Part shown: positions 1-12,740 of the stretch, one piece after another
Numbering within the stretch: the stretch's first letter is position 1
Layout of the letters: every line of letters begins with the position of its first letter
Assembly: GCF_032191835.1 (NCBI RefSeq)
Contig: NC_083243.1
Coordinates: forward strand, 54,126,001-54,190,000
Direction of reading: 5' to 3'
DNA from: Heteronotia binoei
Lineage: Eukaryota
Length of the DNA stretch: 64,000 nucleotides
Notes under the pieces: generated by a model
What the model saw: the letters and a program-made list of their open reading frames with translations, nothing else
Told to the model about the DNA's origin: nothing
Database searches by the model: none
Translations under genes and position numbers: made by a program

Positions 1-720
1 TTTGCAGTGAGGATGAGATTCTCTTTGAGGTAGGGTTGCCACTTGGCCAGTTGCAAATTTGGCCCAACCTTTAAAGGAGGGAATGGCTTCCTTTTGTTTC
101 TAAATTCAGCCTCAATGCTAGGCGATAGACAATTTAAAATATTATATATTTACATAAATTAACATATAAAAATTAACAGGGTAGGGGGTTTGTTTTCCTT
201 CTGTGGAAAAGCCATAATAACTTGACTGAGACAAGGAGAGACAGATATGCTCTCACAACGAGAGATGATAAAGTCATCTTTTGAGAGTGGGATGAGAACA
301 GAAGAAAAAAAGACTGAATAAAATTAAAAGAGAAAAAAGACCCAACATTGGCTTAGTGGCTGGTATTGAGGAAATCATAGTCCCCCCCTAGCTTAATTTT
401 CCTCTTGGGACTAATATTATGGTGGTACATGACCCTCATCTCCCCAAAACGGGGGAAGGGGAAGAGAGCAGAGCAAGAGTGCTCTTGAGGGCAGGAGGAG
501 CAGACACAATGTGCTCCTGAGGGGAATCAGTCTCTAGAGACACCTGAAAGAGCGTGGCCTGAGCCTGTGGCTTCCTGAAGTCCACAGCGACCAAGTGGGG
601 GACTACCTCCATGTTTAGTAGGGGCTGCAGGAGGAACCCTGTTGGTCTGACAGGAGGCTGTAGCTCCTAGAAGAGTTAGTCTTTGAGAAGATGGCTGATT
701 TCCCATCGTCCCCTTCCCCT

Positions 721-1052
721 CTAAATCAGCTTCTCTTCCTCTTTTGATAAATCTGATTTTTCCATTTGCCGTTGATCCTCTGCTGTGGCTGCCTCTTCCT
801 CTTTCTCTGGCTTCCTGATTGGGGTAGCAGGATCTCCGGGGATGGTCCCCAGGACTTTGGTGCTGTGCTCCTGAGCTTTGGCCCTGAGGGCAGCAATGCT
901 GTTCTCTCTCAGTTCTTCCTGGGAAATGGTGGTTTTGGAATCTGGGCCCCTTTCTTCCTTGTCACTCTTGTCAAGCTTGGGCAGGGCCTGGCGTTCCACC
1001 TCTGGTTTCCTCCCCGCCTCAGCCGCTGCCTCCAGAGATTTTTTGTGCATCC
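721..1052 (-). CDS. VSX2: VSX2 coding exon 5, short form ([12 protein letters not shown]..., OAR domain [15 protein letters not shown], stop TAG)
   Basis: ctttttAG| acceptor at 1054-1053. The five exons sum to 1170 nt = 389 aa + stop. Confidence 0.96.
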
Positions 1053-1115
1053 CTAAAAAGAATTGTTGGTATTCGGGTTTAGAAAAGCGCCTGGGCATGG
1101 GAAAGCCATCTTGAA
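1053..1115 (-). CDS. VSX2: Alternative 63-nt 5' extension of VSX2 exon 5 ([21 protein letters not shown]; 410-aa isoform)
   Basis: Polypyrimidine tract + ttttcAG| at 1117-1116, in frame, no stops. Peptide resembles the insert I recall from the long mouse Chx10 isoform. Confidence 0.85.
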   Translation of the reverse strand, partial: FKMAFPCPGAFLNPNTNNSF

Positions 1116-2613
1116 CTGAAAACAGTAAAGATAAAGAGAGGCCAGAATTAAGGAAAAGCAGAAAGCCTTGCTTCAAACAGCAGTCACAGAGAGCCATTGC
1201 ATGGGCCCTGCATGGTTGGGGGGGGGGGGGGGCACTCAGGCCAGTTCACTGACAGTGAGAGGTCAGACCTGGGTGAAAAACAGGAACCAACCCTACCCTC
1301 AAGTCTGCACTTGAATCATAACATCATAACAGGTCTGTACATTTTAGAAAATAGGGGAGCAGGAGAATTTGTAAAGGGATTCCTATGTGGTGATAACAGC
1401 AGGGCTGGAAAGGCAATCTGTGCTTACAAGTGCAGATATCGCCTCTCTAGTTCATTTGTTTTAATTGCTTTTAAAAAAAATTCTAGTTTTTTTGTAAATT
1501 TGGAGTTTCTCCTAGGTTTATAGGAAAAATCCACTCTATTTGTACATGGGCCCCATTGTGTGGATTTCTTGATTCACACTCAGATTTAGATTTAATTTTC
1601 AAAAGTGTACAGAAGGATGTTAATTTCAAACCCCATAATCAAGTGCTTTTAAAAATGTTTGGAGCTGAAATCTGGTGAACAGTTAAAGATGGAGCAGAAG
1701 AGCCCAGAACTGTAAAGACACAGTATTGCTGGGTTTTATGATTCTCAGCTGTCAGATATAAAATGATAGAGGATATATGATTCATACAGTAGCTCTTATA
1801 TAAGCAAGGCTTTGGTGAGGGAAATCTAAGTATACTTTTGTCTGTAAGTCTAAATTTCTGCTCACACATCTCAACCCCTCTGCCTCTCTCTCATCTCTGG
1901 GCTTCACATAGACAGAAGTATGAAGCAAAACATGTTTAAAGAAGCCAGAAATTAACTTTTGTTGCAGTATTAGTCTGAAAAAGCAGAAGACAAGAGCCAA
2001 GCAAAGAGCAGGAGCACAAGAGAAAATCTATCTTCAAGTAGTAGCTAAGACATCTTTTTAAAACAATTAAACAAATTCATAGCAGGATAGGTTTCTTAGC
2101 AATGATAGCTAAATAGATAGAATCTCCATATTCACAACTAGTATACCTTTGCATGTCAGATGCTAAAGGCAAACAGGGGAAGACTGTTGCCTGCATAAGG
2201 CTGCTTGTAATCTCCCTAGAGGCAGCTGGCCACTGTTAGAGACAACAGGCTGGACTAATTGATCTTTGATTTGATCCAAGGAAGATTTTTCTTATTTGCA
2301 TATATCTGAACTGCTTCTTCAATCAGGAGAGCTCAGGGGTAAAAAGAACTTCTGGAAGCAGTCATATCAGATGTGCTAAGAACACCTGGGACATCACAGC
2401 TGCCAAAAGGCTTACAACTGCTTAAAACATTACAAAATCTTTCAGAGGAAGTGCCTCTGAAGAAAATAATACAGAATGCATTTGTAGATAATTATTCCAA
2501 CACTTGTCAGAAATGTTGGCACCTTTTCAGTACATGTGTACTGTGTGTACCTGAAGTTAAATGTCTACCCACAGCTTGCACACTGTTTCTAAAGCAGAAA
2601 TGCTTCTTGTTTT

Positions 2614-2868
2614 AAAAAAAGGTAAAAAAAGGTAAAGAAAGTCCCTTATGCAAACACCAGTCATTTCCAACTCTGGGATGATGTCACATCACGACGTTTT
2701 CATGGCAGAGGTTTTTTTTATGGGGTGGTTTGTCATTGCCTTCCCCAGTCATCTACACTTTACCCCCAGCAAGCTGGGTACTCATTTTACCAACCTCGGA
2801 AGGATGAAAGCCTGAGTCAACCATGAGCCAGCTACCTGAACCCAACTTCTGCCGGGATCAAACTCAGG
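2614..2868 (-). mobile_element. Sauria-type SINE
   Basis: Reverse complement of the family body (ggttgactcagccttccatccttccgagg...ggcaatggcaaaccacc) and an (ACCTTT)n-like tail; homologous to copies at 16638 and 45575. Confidence 0.75.
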
Positions 2869-3427
2869 GCAATGGGTTTAGGAAAGTATAACTTTGCTTA
2901 GGGAATAGCACTGTTACTGTTGACATGATGTGATTTGATTTCCCCCAGATTCTGGTCACCTAAGCAGGCATTCACTCCCTAGATTTGCCAGAGTTGATTT
3001 TCTAAGGGCTAATACACCTCACACTCACTTTAGGAATCCAAGTACAAGCAATCTCTCTGTGGTGAGTTCTCTATGCCTTCTGTAACATTTAGAGCAGCTT
3101 ACCATACGGATTGTGGTAATTATATCCCAAAAGGCAGGTTAATTTAGTCAGGTTACCCAAAACTGCCAAAGTCCTATGGCACTTTATAGAACAACAAATA
3201 CATTGGATCATTATCATCAAACTACTTTCAACTACATTTCATATATCTGAGGAAGTACACCCTTCCCTATACAAACTCATATAATGAGAAATGTGCTAGG
3301 GCTGGACTGTTTTTGTTGTCATCCCAGAAGTCTTTATACTCAGCTAGCAATTAGTGCAACCAGTGTGCTAAGACTCCTGACATGGTATCAGTTATCTATG
3401 TGGCAGAGTTTGCCCCAATGTTATAAC

Positions 3428-3544
3428 CAGGGCTTTTCTGGTAGAAAAAGCCCAGCAGGAACTCATTTGCATATTAGGCCACACCCCCTGCACCAAACCA
3501 GCTGGAACTGAGTTCCTGTGCATTCCTGCTCAAAAAAAGCCCTG
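3428..3544. mobile_element. hAT MITE with CAGGGCTTTT termini
   Basis: TIR cagggctttt / aaaagccctg; 8-bp TSD gttataac at 3420-3427 and 3545-3552. Confidence 0.85.
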
Positions 3545-3599
3545 GTTATAACAGGTGGCTGCAGAACTTACCCCAGAGAGGCTACTTTTCTGCAGCAGC

Positions 3600-3715
3600 A
3601 TCAGTATCTATCCATTTCTATGTATCTGAGGAAGTGTGCCTTCACATGAAAACTCATACTTTGAATAAATTTTTGCTGGTTTTAAAGGTGCCTCTGGACT
3701 CAAAATTTGCTTTGT
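3600..3715 (+). mobile_element. Penelope-like element 3'-end fragment with decayed hammerhead motif
   Basis: tat-ctgagga-a-gtgtg-cctt-cacat-gaaa-actc-ata (3623-3658), followed by the same tail seen at 41612-41670. Confidence 0.6.
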
Positions 3716-4117
3716 CGTTATGGTTGCATAACATAAGCACTGGGCCTAAGAATATAGGCATTAAGGAACTTGTGTTGCATAACTTCAATAGAAACAACAC
3801 ATTCTCACTAATCTTTATTTTACCTCTAAATAATAAACTTAAGAGTCTACTACTGCAATCCTGAGTTGCAATCTTTTAATAGTGCCATTCTATGTACACT
3901 TTCCTGAAAGTAAGCCCCACTAAGTAGACCAGTAGAATTCTTAGTAAATCTGCTTACTAAGATTGCTCTCTCAGTCCATGAGAACAGTGAAACTCCGCTT
4001 TGTATTTCACTGTAAGGCTGGGACCAGTCTTTAGATTCCAAGAAAAAACAGCAAACCTTCATCCCTGCAGGAATAATTCCTGTGTTCATCTGTAAACGTC
4101 CATGGTGTAATTGTTTA

Positions 4118-4378
<261 letters not shown>

Positions 4379-5652
4379 TCATCATTATGTAAGGGCTGAA
4401 CAGTACTGCCCTGTGAGTGCTATATGCTAATTTAGTCAGGATTTGAAATATGAGTTGTCAGAAAATAAACTCCTTTCCCATAAATGAATAAATATATGCT
4501 TGAATGTTTGCTTACACACAAGAATCAAAGATCAAATCGTGACTGGATTCTTATAATATACAATGTTAACACATAGGACTTATCTATTGTGTTTCTTGCT
4601 ACACTCAACCATGAAGTTCTTCATGGCCTGGGGTCCTCATTCCTCTCAAACTGGAACCAAATCTCCCACTGTGCCAGTTAAACTCTTCAGACTCCCTTCT
4701 TTGATAATCTTACCTAGGAGTGTCCATTTGGCTACAGTTAGCTCACAGGCTTTCTCTGTGGTAGGCCTATCAGAGAAGGTACATCAAACACTGTTGCTTT
4801 AAGGAAGGTGTGCCTTGTGTTCCAGAGGACATTTGGGGAAGAGTAAACTATTCTGACAGCATTTTAAGCTGTGCGCTTTTGGTTTTTAACCTGTTATTTA
4901 TTGGATATGACATTTGTGTCCTTGTAGTTTTTGCTGGTTCTTTAGTTTATCTTAGGAGATAAAGAAAGTTATAAATATTTTTAATAAGTGAGCAAATGAT
5001 CCAAAGACTGGGAGGGCTATGCAAATAGAGGTAGCTCTAGTTTCACCTTTCCTCTACCAAATCTCCCCTCATGATTTGCTCTGCTGATGCAACTGCCATT
5101 GGTGATATCACTGAGGAAAAAGTAGGGAAGACTTCCATCATGACCTGTTTCTTATTGAAACACATGTGGTCATACCAGAACTGAACTGCTTGTAGCATAA
5201 CAACACCAGAGGTGAGAAAGGCACTTTGTCCACTCACACATCCCTTGTTGCTGTCTTAGCTCCAGATGTTCTAGAGCAGAAGACTGTATTCATAACAGCT
5301 TGAAGCTCTGGATCAATCTAAGCTGTTTATTCTTTCCAATAATATCCCTCCTTTCCCTGTAATATCACATCCCATAGCATAAAAACTTGGTGTGCCTTTC
5401 TTCTAGTCACACGGATGCATTAAATTCTGGAATAATATATATGTACATTTATCATTTGATTTTGTAATCATACTTATCCAAACAAATGAATGATCACAGA
5501 TTAGACACCTCAGACAGATCTTTCTATCATTCTCAACACAACACTTTTAAAAATTCAGCATATCTGCCATTTAGTTTTGAATCTTCAAGAAGAATCAAAG
5601 GAGTACCAGATGTTTACTACACCAGCCATTGGCACCAAGATCAGGGGTGGGC

Positions 5653-5987
5653 CAGTGCCGGATTAAACCCTGTGGAGCCCCCTAGGCAGTCAACATTTTG
5701 GTGAGGGGGCCTCACAAATTATCTTAGAGTCTGAGCACCCGCCCCACCACCCACAGCCCCCACTGCAGCCTGCAGGCACCTTCTCAAAAGCCCCTTTTAC
5801 TAAGCTGCGGGAGAGGCAGACAGAGGCAAACTTGGCAATGCCAGGAAAGTCAGACAAAGAGCAGCTCAGTTGCTGGCTGCACCTGCAGGCTGCAAGAAGT
5901 GGGGAAATGGGGAGCTGGCCCAGGGTCCCTAAAGGCATGGGGCCCATAGGCCAGTGCCTACTTGGCCTAATTGTTAATCCAGCTCTG
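5653..5987. mobile_element. hAT non-autonomous element (CAGTGCCGGATTAA termini)
   Basis: Imperfect TIR cagtgccggattaa / ttaatccagctctg; perfect 8-bp TSD gggtgggc. Confidence 0.85.
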
Positions 5988-6349
5988 GGGTGGGCCACAG
6001 GTCAGCTCTAACCCCCATAAGCAACAATATATACTCCTTACCAAATTTTAATCAGTGTGGTTTTTAAAAGAAAATTGACTTAGGTATGCCCTAAATCAAC
6101 TGCAGCACCTTTCCCTTTAGCCCCACCCGCATCCACCCTTTCTCCAGCCGGTGTGCGCATTTCCCCTCTCCTTTCTCACAACCCTGAGGATGAGCCACCA
6201 TTTCACAGCTCAGCACAGGGATATAATTAATTTCCCGTTACTGTCTCTCTGTGCAAGTGGCTTCTGGCTCTCCCTGCCTGGGGTTCTCTCTTTCATTATT
6301 TAATGGGATGTCAAAACAAGAGGGACCTAGTGTGTGAGCGCTGTTCTAG

Positions 6350-7450
6350 TGTGCAAGACTGCAGGCCGCCTTTTCCCAAACGTGTCACAAAGAGACTCCC
6401 CCCTTTAGAAAGCACCGGCGGCTCCCCACTCTCGCCTCACCTAGGGGCGCGAAAGCCTGAGGCCGGCGCGAAGCTGCCTGGCAGAAATCTATTAGCGCGC
6501 TTGCCTGCTCGCTCGGCCTCAGAGTCGCCCATTTCCCATTCCTCTTCTCTCTCCCCTCCCCTCCTTTTTGCCTTTCCCGCCTCGGAGAGAGGCATCAGCT
6601 TGGAGATGAAAAATTGCTGGCGGTCTATTCAGGAGGAGGCAAAGGAAGAGTCAGCCCCAGGGGCAGCCCGGGCCTGATTGAAAAATAAGTTAATTTCAGT
6701 TTGAATCGATGGGCCTCAGGCACTGAAATATCACGGGAAATTAAAGCGGCTGCTCCCCGGGGATCGGCGCCATTGACCCGCGCTAATTAATGCCGGGGTG
6801 GTGGTGAAGTTCCCGCTCGCTCCTTCGCCATGCAGCCGCCCCTCCCTGCCGCGACACATCCCCGCACACTCGCGCCATCGGCTTTTTCTCATTTAACTAA
6901 TTAAGCTGCAAAATTGGGTGTTAATTTGTTTAGGATTTTTTTTTTAACTGTTCTCTTCCCCCCCCCCCCCTTCTCCCTCCCCCCTTATCTCTCCTCGTTC
7001 TCCTTTCCCTTTCCAGGAAAAGCAGCCGCTGTCCCTGGTGGAATGGAAATGAATGGGGGTGGGGGGGTGAGCGGCTTGCTGGCAGATGGATGCTCGGGGG
7101 TCACTCCGCAATCTTCTCCGACTTGATTGCTTGATTAGGTCGTTAGCACATTTAAAAAAAAAAATTGCTCGCCGTCTGGCGCTGGCCTGATGAGTGGGAC
7201 GAGGCGGGAATCGCCTGGGTAATTTATCTTTTTATACCGCAAAGTATTTGATTTCAATCTGCAGATATATGTTGGCGCCTTTGACACCTGTTTAACATTA
7301 TAGCTCTGACAGCTTAACCCTCTGATGACTCCGCAGGGCGGACAGCAGGGAAGCACGGCCGCTGCTATAGAATCAGCCGGGGGCGGCGAGGTAGCAAACG
7401 ATTCTTTGCCAGGAAAAGGGGACTGGAGTGCGTTAACCTTGAGAAGAGTA
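6350..7450. promoter_or_regulatory. Intronic CpG island / candidate enhancer in VSX2 intron 3
   Basis: CpG-rich, free of recognisable repeats, clustered TAAT/TAATTA homeodomain motifs. Confidence 0.6.
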
Positions 7451-10400
7451 GCGACTCCTCTACTACAGCCATGAACTCTGGCTGGTTAAGGTCGGGCTTT
7501 GTTGGAGAATAAAAGCAGGTTTAAGCCTCCCCACCACCACCACCTTTTACTCAGAAGTAAATCTCACTGAGTCCATGGGGCTTGTTATCTAACACGCCTG
7601 CTTAGGAAGGCAGGCTTAATTGAACTGTGTCAGTGGCCCGGTTATTTCGGGCAATAGGATGATGACCCTGAAGCAGCATGGGAGATGAATCTCAAGATCT
7701 TTTGCAGTATTATGAAGGATGTTTGTATCAGGAGTCAAGATATTCTGGTGCTTGAAACAGACAATCTAAATGAGGGCAGAAATTGACTCTTTTCTGTCCT
7801 TTAGTGGCAACCCAAAACCTGTCATCTGCCTTGCCCTGACTAAATGTGGGCTTAGGTCTGGTAATGCAGTCGCTTCACAGTGTAAACTGGATTGAATGAT
7901 TGATCCCTTGTATAAGAGAAGTTGAGCCCCTCTGGTGTGTAGGGAGATGTCAGTTATTTAAAGGTTCAGTGGAAGACACTGTAGGGCAGAAGAGTTCAAA
8001 CTAGTAAGGCTTGGGGTGGGGGAAAGGCTTAAGCAAAGATCAAAGGAAATACTAGGTCAGAGACAGGCAACAGTTCTGTTCTGTCCCCCCCCCCCCCAAC
8101 TGAAAGTAGTTTGAGAAGAGCTTTGCTTCCCATGGAATATACACTGCAGATCCATATTCTGTTTCCAGATTTCAGGGGGGAACAATTCAAAAGCCTGTGA
8201 AACCTGATCACCAGAGCATTCACCTTGAGTACCAATTCTTCTTTCAAATCTCCTTCAAATCTCTTTTACACTAACTGAAAATAGTTGTTCCTATAAGCAC
8301 ACAAAGGATAGATGCAGATGATAATTTACTGGATAATAAAGAGAAGTATGACCAAGCTGCTCTTCACCTAACTGGAAATCTAGGAATAAAGGCATGGTAA
8401 GAGTTGTCTTACAAATTGGCAGAGCTATTGGTTGCTGCTGCATGTGGTTACAGCTGGATTGGAGCCATGATGTTTAAATTCACCATTAAACCTCTTTTGT
8501 GCTATTTATATGAATGTGTGGTCAAAGTTGATACTAAAGGAGACACTTGTAATGATGAACATTCTGACCAATACAGATTTTATAGCTGCATTATGAAAGA
8601 GGTTAGTTAACAACAACCACCACTGTGAATTTCTTATGTGGAAGCAGTCTACAGACAAATTGTCACTGTGAGCAGTTTTGCACTTTCCAACTTGTTTCAT
8701 CTTGTGTTTTGTTCAATGGTTTGACCACTAGATGGCTCCATGCTACGAGAATTCACATCCAGAGGATCTTTTGCTTTCCCACTACAGGTGTACAAAATGC
8801 TTTCTCCCAACTGGCAAATGTTGTTTTGTCAAAATTAGCCAGAGATGCCCTACTGCTTATTTTTGTGCAATAGGTGCTCTCTCCAGAGTTCATAAAGATA
8901 CGCAATACAATATACAATTATGGCCTTTTAAAAGGGGGTGATGAAATTTTTCTATACTTACTTTGAGCTCTTGTCTAAACAGGTAAGGACAGAACTTCTT
9001 TAAAATGTCATTTTTCTCTAGGAAGTGGGACTTTATTGGCAAGTCCCTAGTTCTGAAATTTATAGAACTGTATTACAGAAAACATTGCCCCAATGTTACT
9101 TCCTACCACAGATATTCAGAGGCCTTACTGGCTCCCATTAATACACATGGCTAGGCCTCTACTCCATTAATCTAATTCCCATTTCCAGCCATGTATATTT
9201 GTGGACACCTATATCACTAGATCTCTGAAGAGGTAGCACATAAATGTTTAAAAAATAAGTAAAAATGGGAGCCACCTTACAGATGGGCTGCTGATTCCCC
9301 TGTTAATGCTGGATCCTATAGGAGGTATTGCTGCTGTAATGCCTGGTAACTCTGTCTTGTCCTCTGCATCTTCCAGTTTAGGTTCTGAGAGGTCATAGAA
9401 TAGCAGGTCAGAATATGGAGCTCACAAGAGAGCTCTGTGCATCTCAAGTTTGACTACTGCATATACAGTGCCTCTCTTACCTTGCAATACTATCCACATG
9501 TGGTATCAGACCTTCATACAATCTGGACAATACCTATGCTGCAATCAGAAAGCAGGAATAACCTACACATGGAGCAGTTACCTCAAGAAAGTAAGCCAAG
9601 GGAAAGCCACATGTATGAACGCATGTATTAAGGAATTAGCAGGAAGAGTTGCTTTGGGAGGGGAGATGAACCATTTCAATGACAGGATACCAAGTCCTGA
9701 TGGTGGAACTGCCTGTTATATGTAGTACCATCCATGATTCTTTGAATAAAGTGTAGCTTACAGGGCTGCAATTTGAAGGGAGACACTAGCATGGAGGGAG
9801 GGATTTTAAATCCTTCCTTTTGTGTGGCTTTCTATCTGAAAACTGCAGTCACCAAGTTCCTTTTACCCCTGGTGGTGAACCTAAACATAAAAAGAGCAAG
9901 GCAATTTTCAGTGAGAGAACAGAGTTAGGGGATGGTTGTTTTTTAAAAAAACTAAGAAGCAAATACCTTTGTTCCCTGAACTGCTACTCAGGTAGCTCCG
10001 ATTTATTAAAAAAAATTAATAAAACACCCTGGAAAGAATTATGAGACAGTTTTGCTCCTGAGAGCTGACCATATACATCACACCTCGCACGCTTTATGTA
10101 TCATCCCTTTTCTCTCTGAATACCCATGATGAGGGCAAAAACAAAACAGAGAGACACAACTGCAATTGAATCCAGCTTGTAAGCTTCCCAAACTAACATG
10201 TGCAGCCACTGTTGCTGTAAACATAATGTTGAACTAAATGGAGACAAATTACTTCCTCAGGGCTGCAAACTGCATGCAAGGCAGAGAGGTGGGGGGTCTG
10301 AGCCCAAGCTGCATGCATAATACAGCACTAGTTTACCAAAAGGAAACTGGTTAATTTCTAACACATGCTTCCCCTTCAATTTATTTATCCCACTCTTCAT

Positions 10401-11744
10401 TTTTTACTCAGATCCCCCCCAAATCAATCCCCCTTCAATTAATTTACCTCAGATCAATTTTCGATCTTGATCCCCACAAATCAGTTTCCCTTCAATTAAT
10501 CTATTCCCCAAATTAATTTTCACCTCTTCTTCCGTCCCCTCCAAAAAGAAAAAATAGCCACATATTTTTCTTACAGATGTCAGTGATACAGTTGAATAAC
10601 CTGCCCAGTTTCTCACTCCTTCAGTCTCCCAGCTGCATTAACGTGGCCTCTGGGACTGAGTTGAGGGGGCTAGAGGTGGGCTCCCAGACACTGAGAAAGG
10701 CGCTGCAGATTTTGCGGGAGGGAGTTAGTTGGCCAATCAGCAACGATACACCTGACAATGGCACTCATGGGAAACCAGCATCCTCACCTCACTCCTACTC
10801 AGTCACCTCAAAGAGCAGGCCCTTGTGTAAGCCTGGTACCAGAGTCTACTAGCTTTTAGCTAACACCACCATCTTGAGGGAGGAGGGGTAAACAAACCAC
10901 AAGGTGACAGCATGCTGTACTGTGTGGACTAAATGAGGAGCTGTACCAGAAAACAGGACCAGCATTGGCTGTAGACGGGCTTTATTATTTATTTATTTTA
11001 CTTACTTTGTTTATATTCCACTTTTCTCCCCAGTGGGAACTCAAAGCAACTTATAACATTCTTCTCCTTCCTCCATTCTGCTTCTCAGAAACCTGGTTGA
11101 GGTAGCTCATAACTAAAAAGATCAACAACCCTATAAAGTAGACTAGGATGAGAAATAGTGACTGGCCCAAGAATAGTTCGTGAGCGGCAATGAAAAGTGG
11201 GGATGTCTAGAAAGCAAAAGCCACCAGAGCAAGGATGCCTTTAAAACTCCACACCCTATACAGCATTCTTCACTAAAACCTTGGTCAGGAGGCCTTTAGG
11301 GAGCCTTCTCGCATGGCAGTGCTAAAATTATTATCATTTCCACTTTCTTCTTTCCCTGCAGAAAATGATCTCTTTTGTAGTTTTCCTTCCTCCTCCACCC
11401 TCCTATGGCCACTATTTGTTCACTTTAGGAGTTTAAATTCTAACACAAATGGTAAATGGAAGGCAGATACTGGAAATAGTTCACAGCATCCTTCTAGATC
11501 AAATTTCCTCAGGTGGAACAGCTATGGATAAAGCAGCAGCAGGGACAAGTAATGGGCAATGTATAAAATGAAAGGTTTAGGTTAAGTATTAACGGAAGAA
11601 ATGGATTCACCAGTGAAGCAGGCTATATGCTGTAAACTCACAATTTTTACAAGTTTTAAGAGGGTACATGTAAACCTAAACTAGAAGAATATGCCAGTGA
11701 AGACAACAGGGACTGCTTCAATAAGGCAAAAAATATTTTATAAG

Positions 11745-11958
11745 CCCTGACCTGGATAGCCCAGGCAAGCCTAATCTAATCAGATCTTGGAAGCTAAGCA
11801 GGGCTGGCCCTGGCTAGTATTTGGATGGGAGCCCTCCAAGGAGTACCAGGTCATTGTGACACAGAAGCAGGCAATGGCAAGCCACCTCTGAACATCCCTT
11901 GCTTTCAAGCCCAGCTAGCGGTCACCTGAAGTCAGCTTGACTTGATGGCAAAAAAAAA
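11745..11958 (+). mobile_element. 5S rRNA-derived SINE with Sauria/BovB-like 3' part
   Basis: Contains the 5S internal promoter region (gatcttggaagctaagcaggg...tagtatttggatgggag) fused to gaagcaggcaatggcaagccacctctg and an A tail. Confidence 0.75.
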
Positions 11959-12599
11959 GTATTTTATAGTTCAAGTTATCCTAGCAACTGGTTTTAGGAG
12001 TTGCTGGGGACCAGCCATTTGACCAGTCCATTTATATCAGTTGGGTGTCAATATCTACGGTACATGTAGCAAAGGAAGTATGTTCAAAATGAAATCCACT
12101 TTTCTTTTATATTTCATATTTTAAAAGGAGTGCATGCTCCTATGCAGAATTACTTCTGTCTAAACCCACTGAAATTAGGACTGTATTGTAATTGTCCTTA
12201 CACCACTTCAGTTACCTACTCCTGAAGCATACCATTTATGTCTGGCATCAATGGTGAAGGTTGATCCTGTACTTCTGTCCCAAGCTAAGACAGGCAAGCA
12301 CAAAATTTCCCAGTAGTCTTTTTCCTTTTAATTTTGTGTTTTCATATATACACAGAGGTACTTCTCCCCCTAAATATCAGGTCTGAATACTGATTACTGT
12401 TTCTCCATTCCAAGTAGTAAGTTTCACTCAGCACTTTAGGCACTACATGGCAACCAAGAATTTCAGCCTTGCAAACTTTATTGTATGTCTGTCTTGCAAT
12501 GGCAAAATGCCCACTAGAGGGCCATACATGATGCACACACATATGCTGTCTTTCATTTCTAGGCTTACTACTTTTATTTACATAGTATACGGATGCCAT

Positions 12600-12740
12600 T
12601 GAGATCCAGCACAGTGTATGGTTAAAATAGTAGACTTATTGATCTGGCCTGAAATCCCCACTCTGCCATGAAACTTGCTGGGTGACTTTGGACCAGTTAC
12701 TATATTTTAACCTAACCTACTTCACAGGGTTATCATGATA
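12600..12740 (+). mobile_element. Old CORE/MIR-like SINE fragment
   Basis: Degenerate tRNA head plus ctgggtgactttggaccagttac...cctacttcacaggg core. Confidence 0.5.

Noticed and set aside
1-720. End of the VSX2 3' UTR
   Set aside because: No minus-strand AATAAA recognised; the AATAAA near 317 is on the plus strand. The UTR probably extends beyond the window.
7187-7215. CUGAUGA followed by a short stem, resembling a hammerhead core
   Set aside because: The second core box reads GAGG rather than GAAA, and no stem I/III or NUH site fits.
10365-10515. Three degenerate ~59-bp units containing cccttcaatt
   Set aside because: Low-complexity and highly diverged, with no spacer/repeat regularity or other functional sign.
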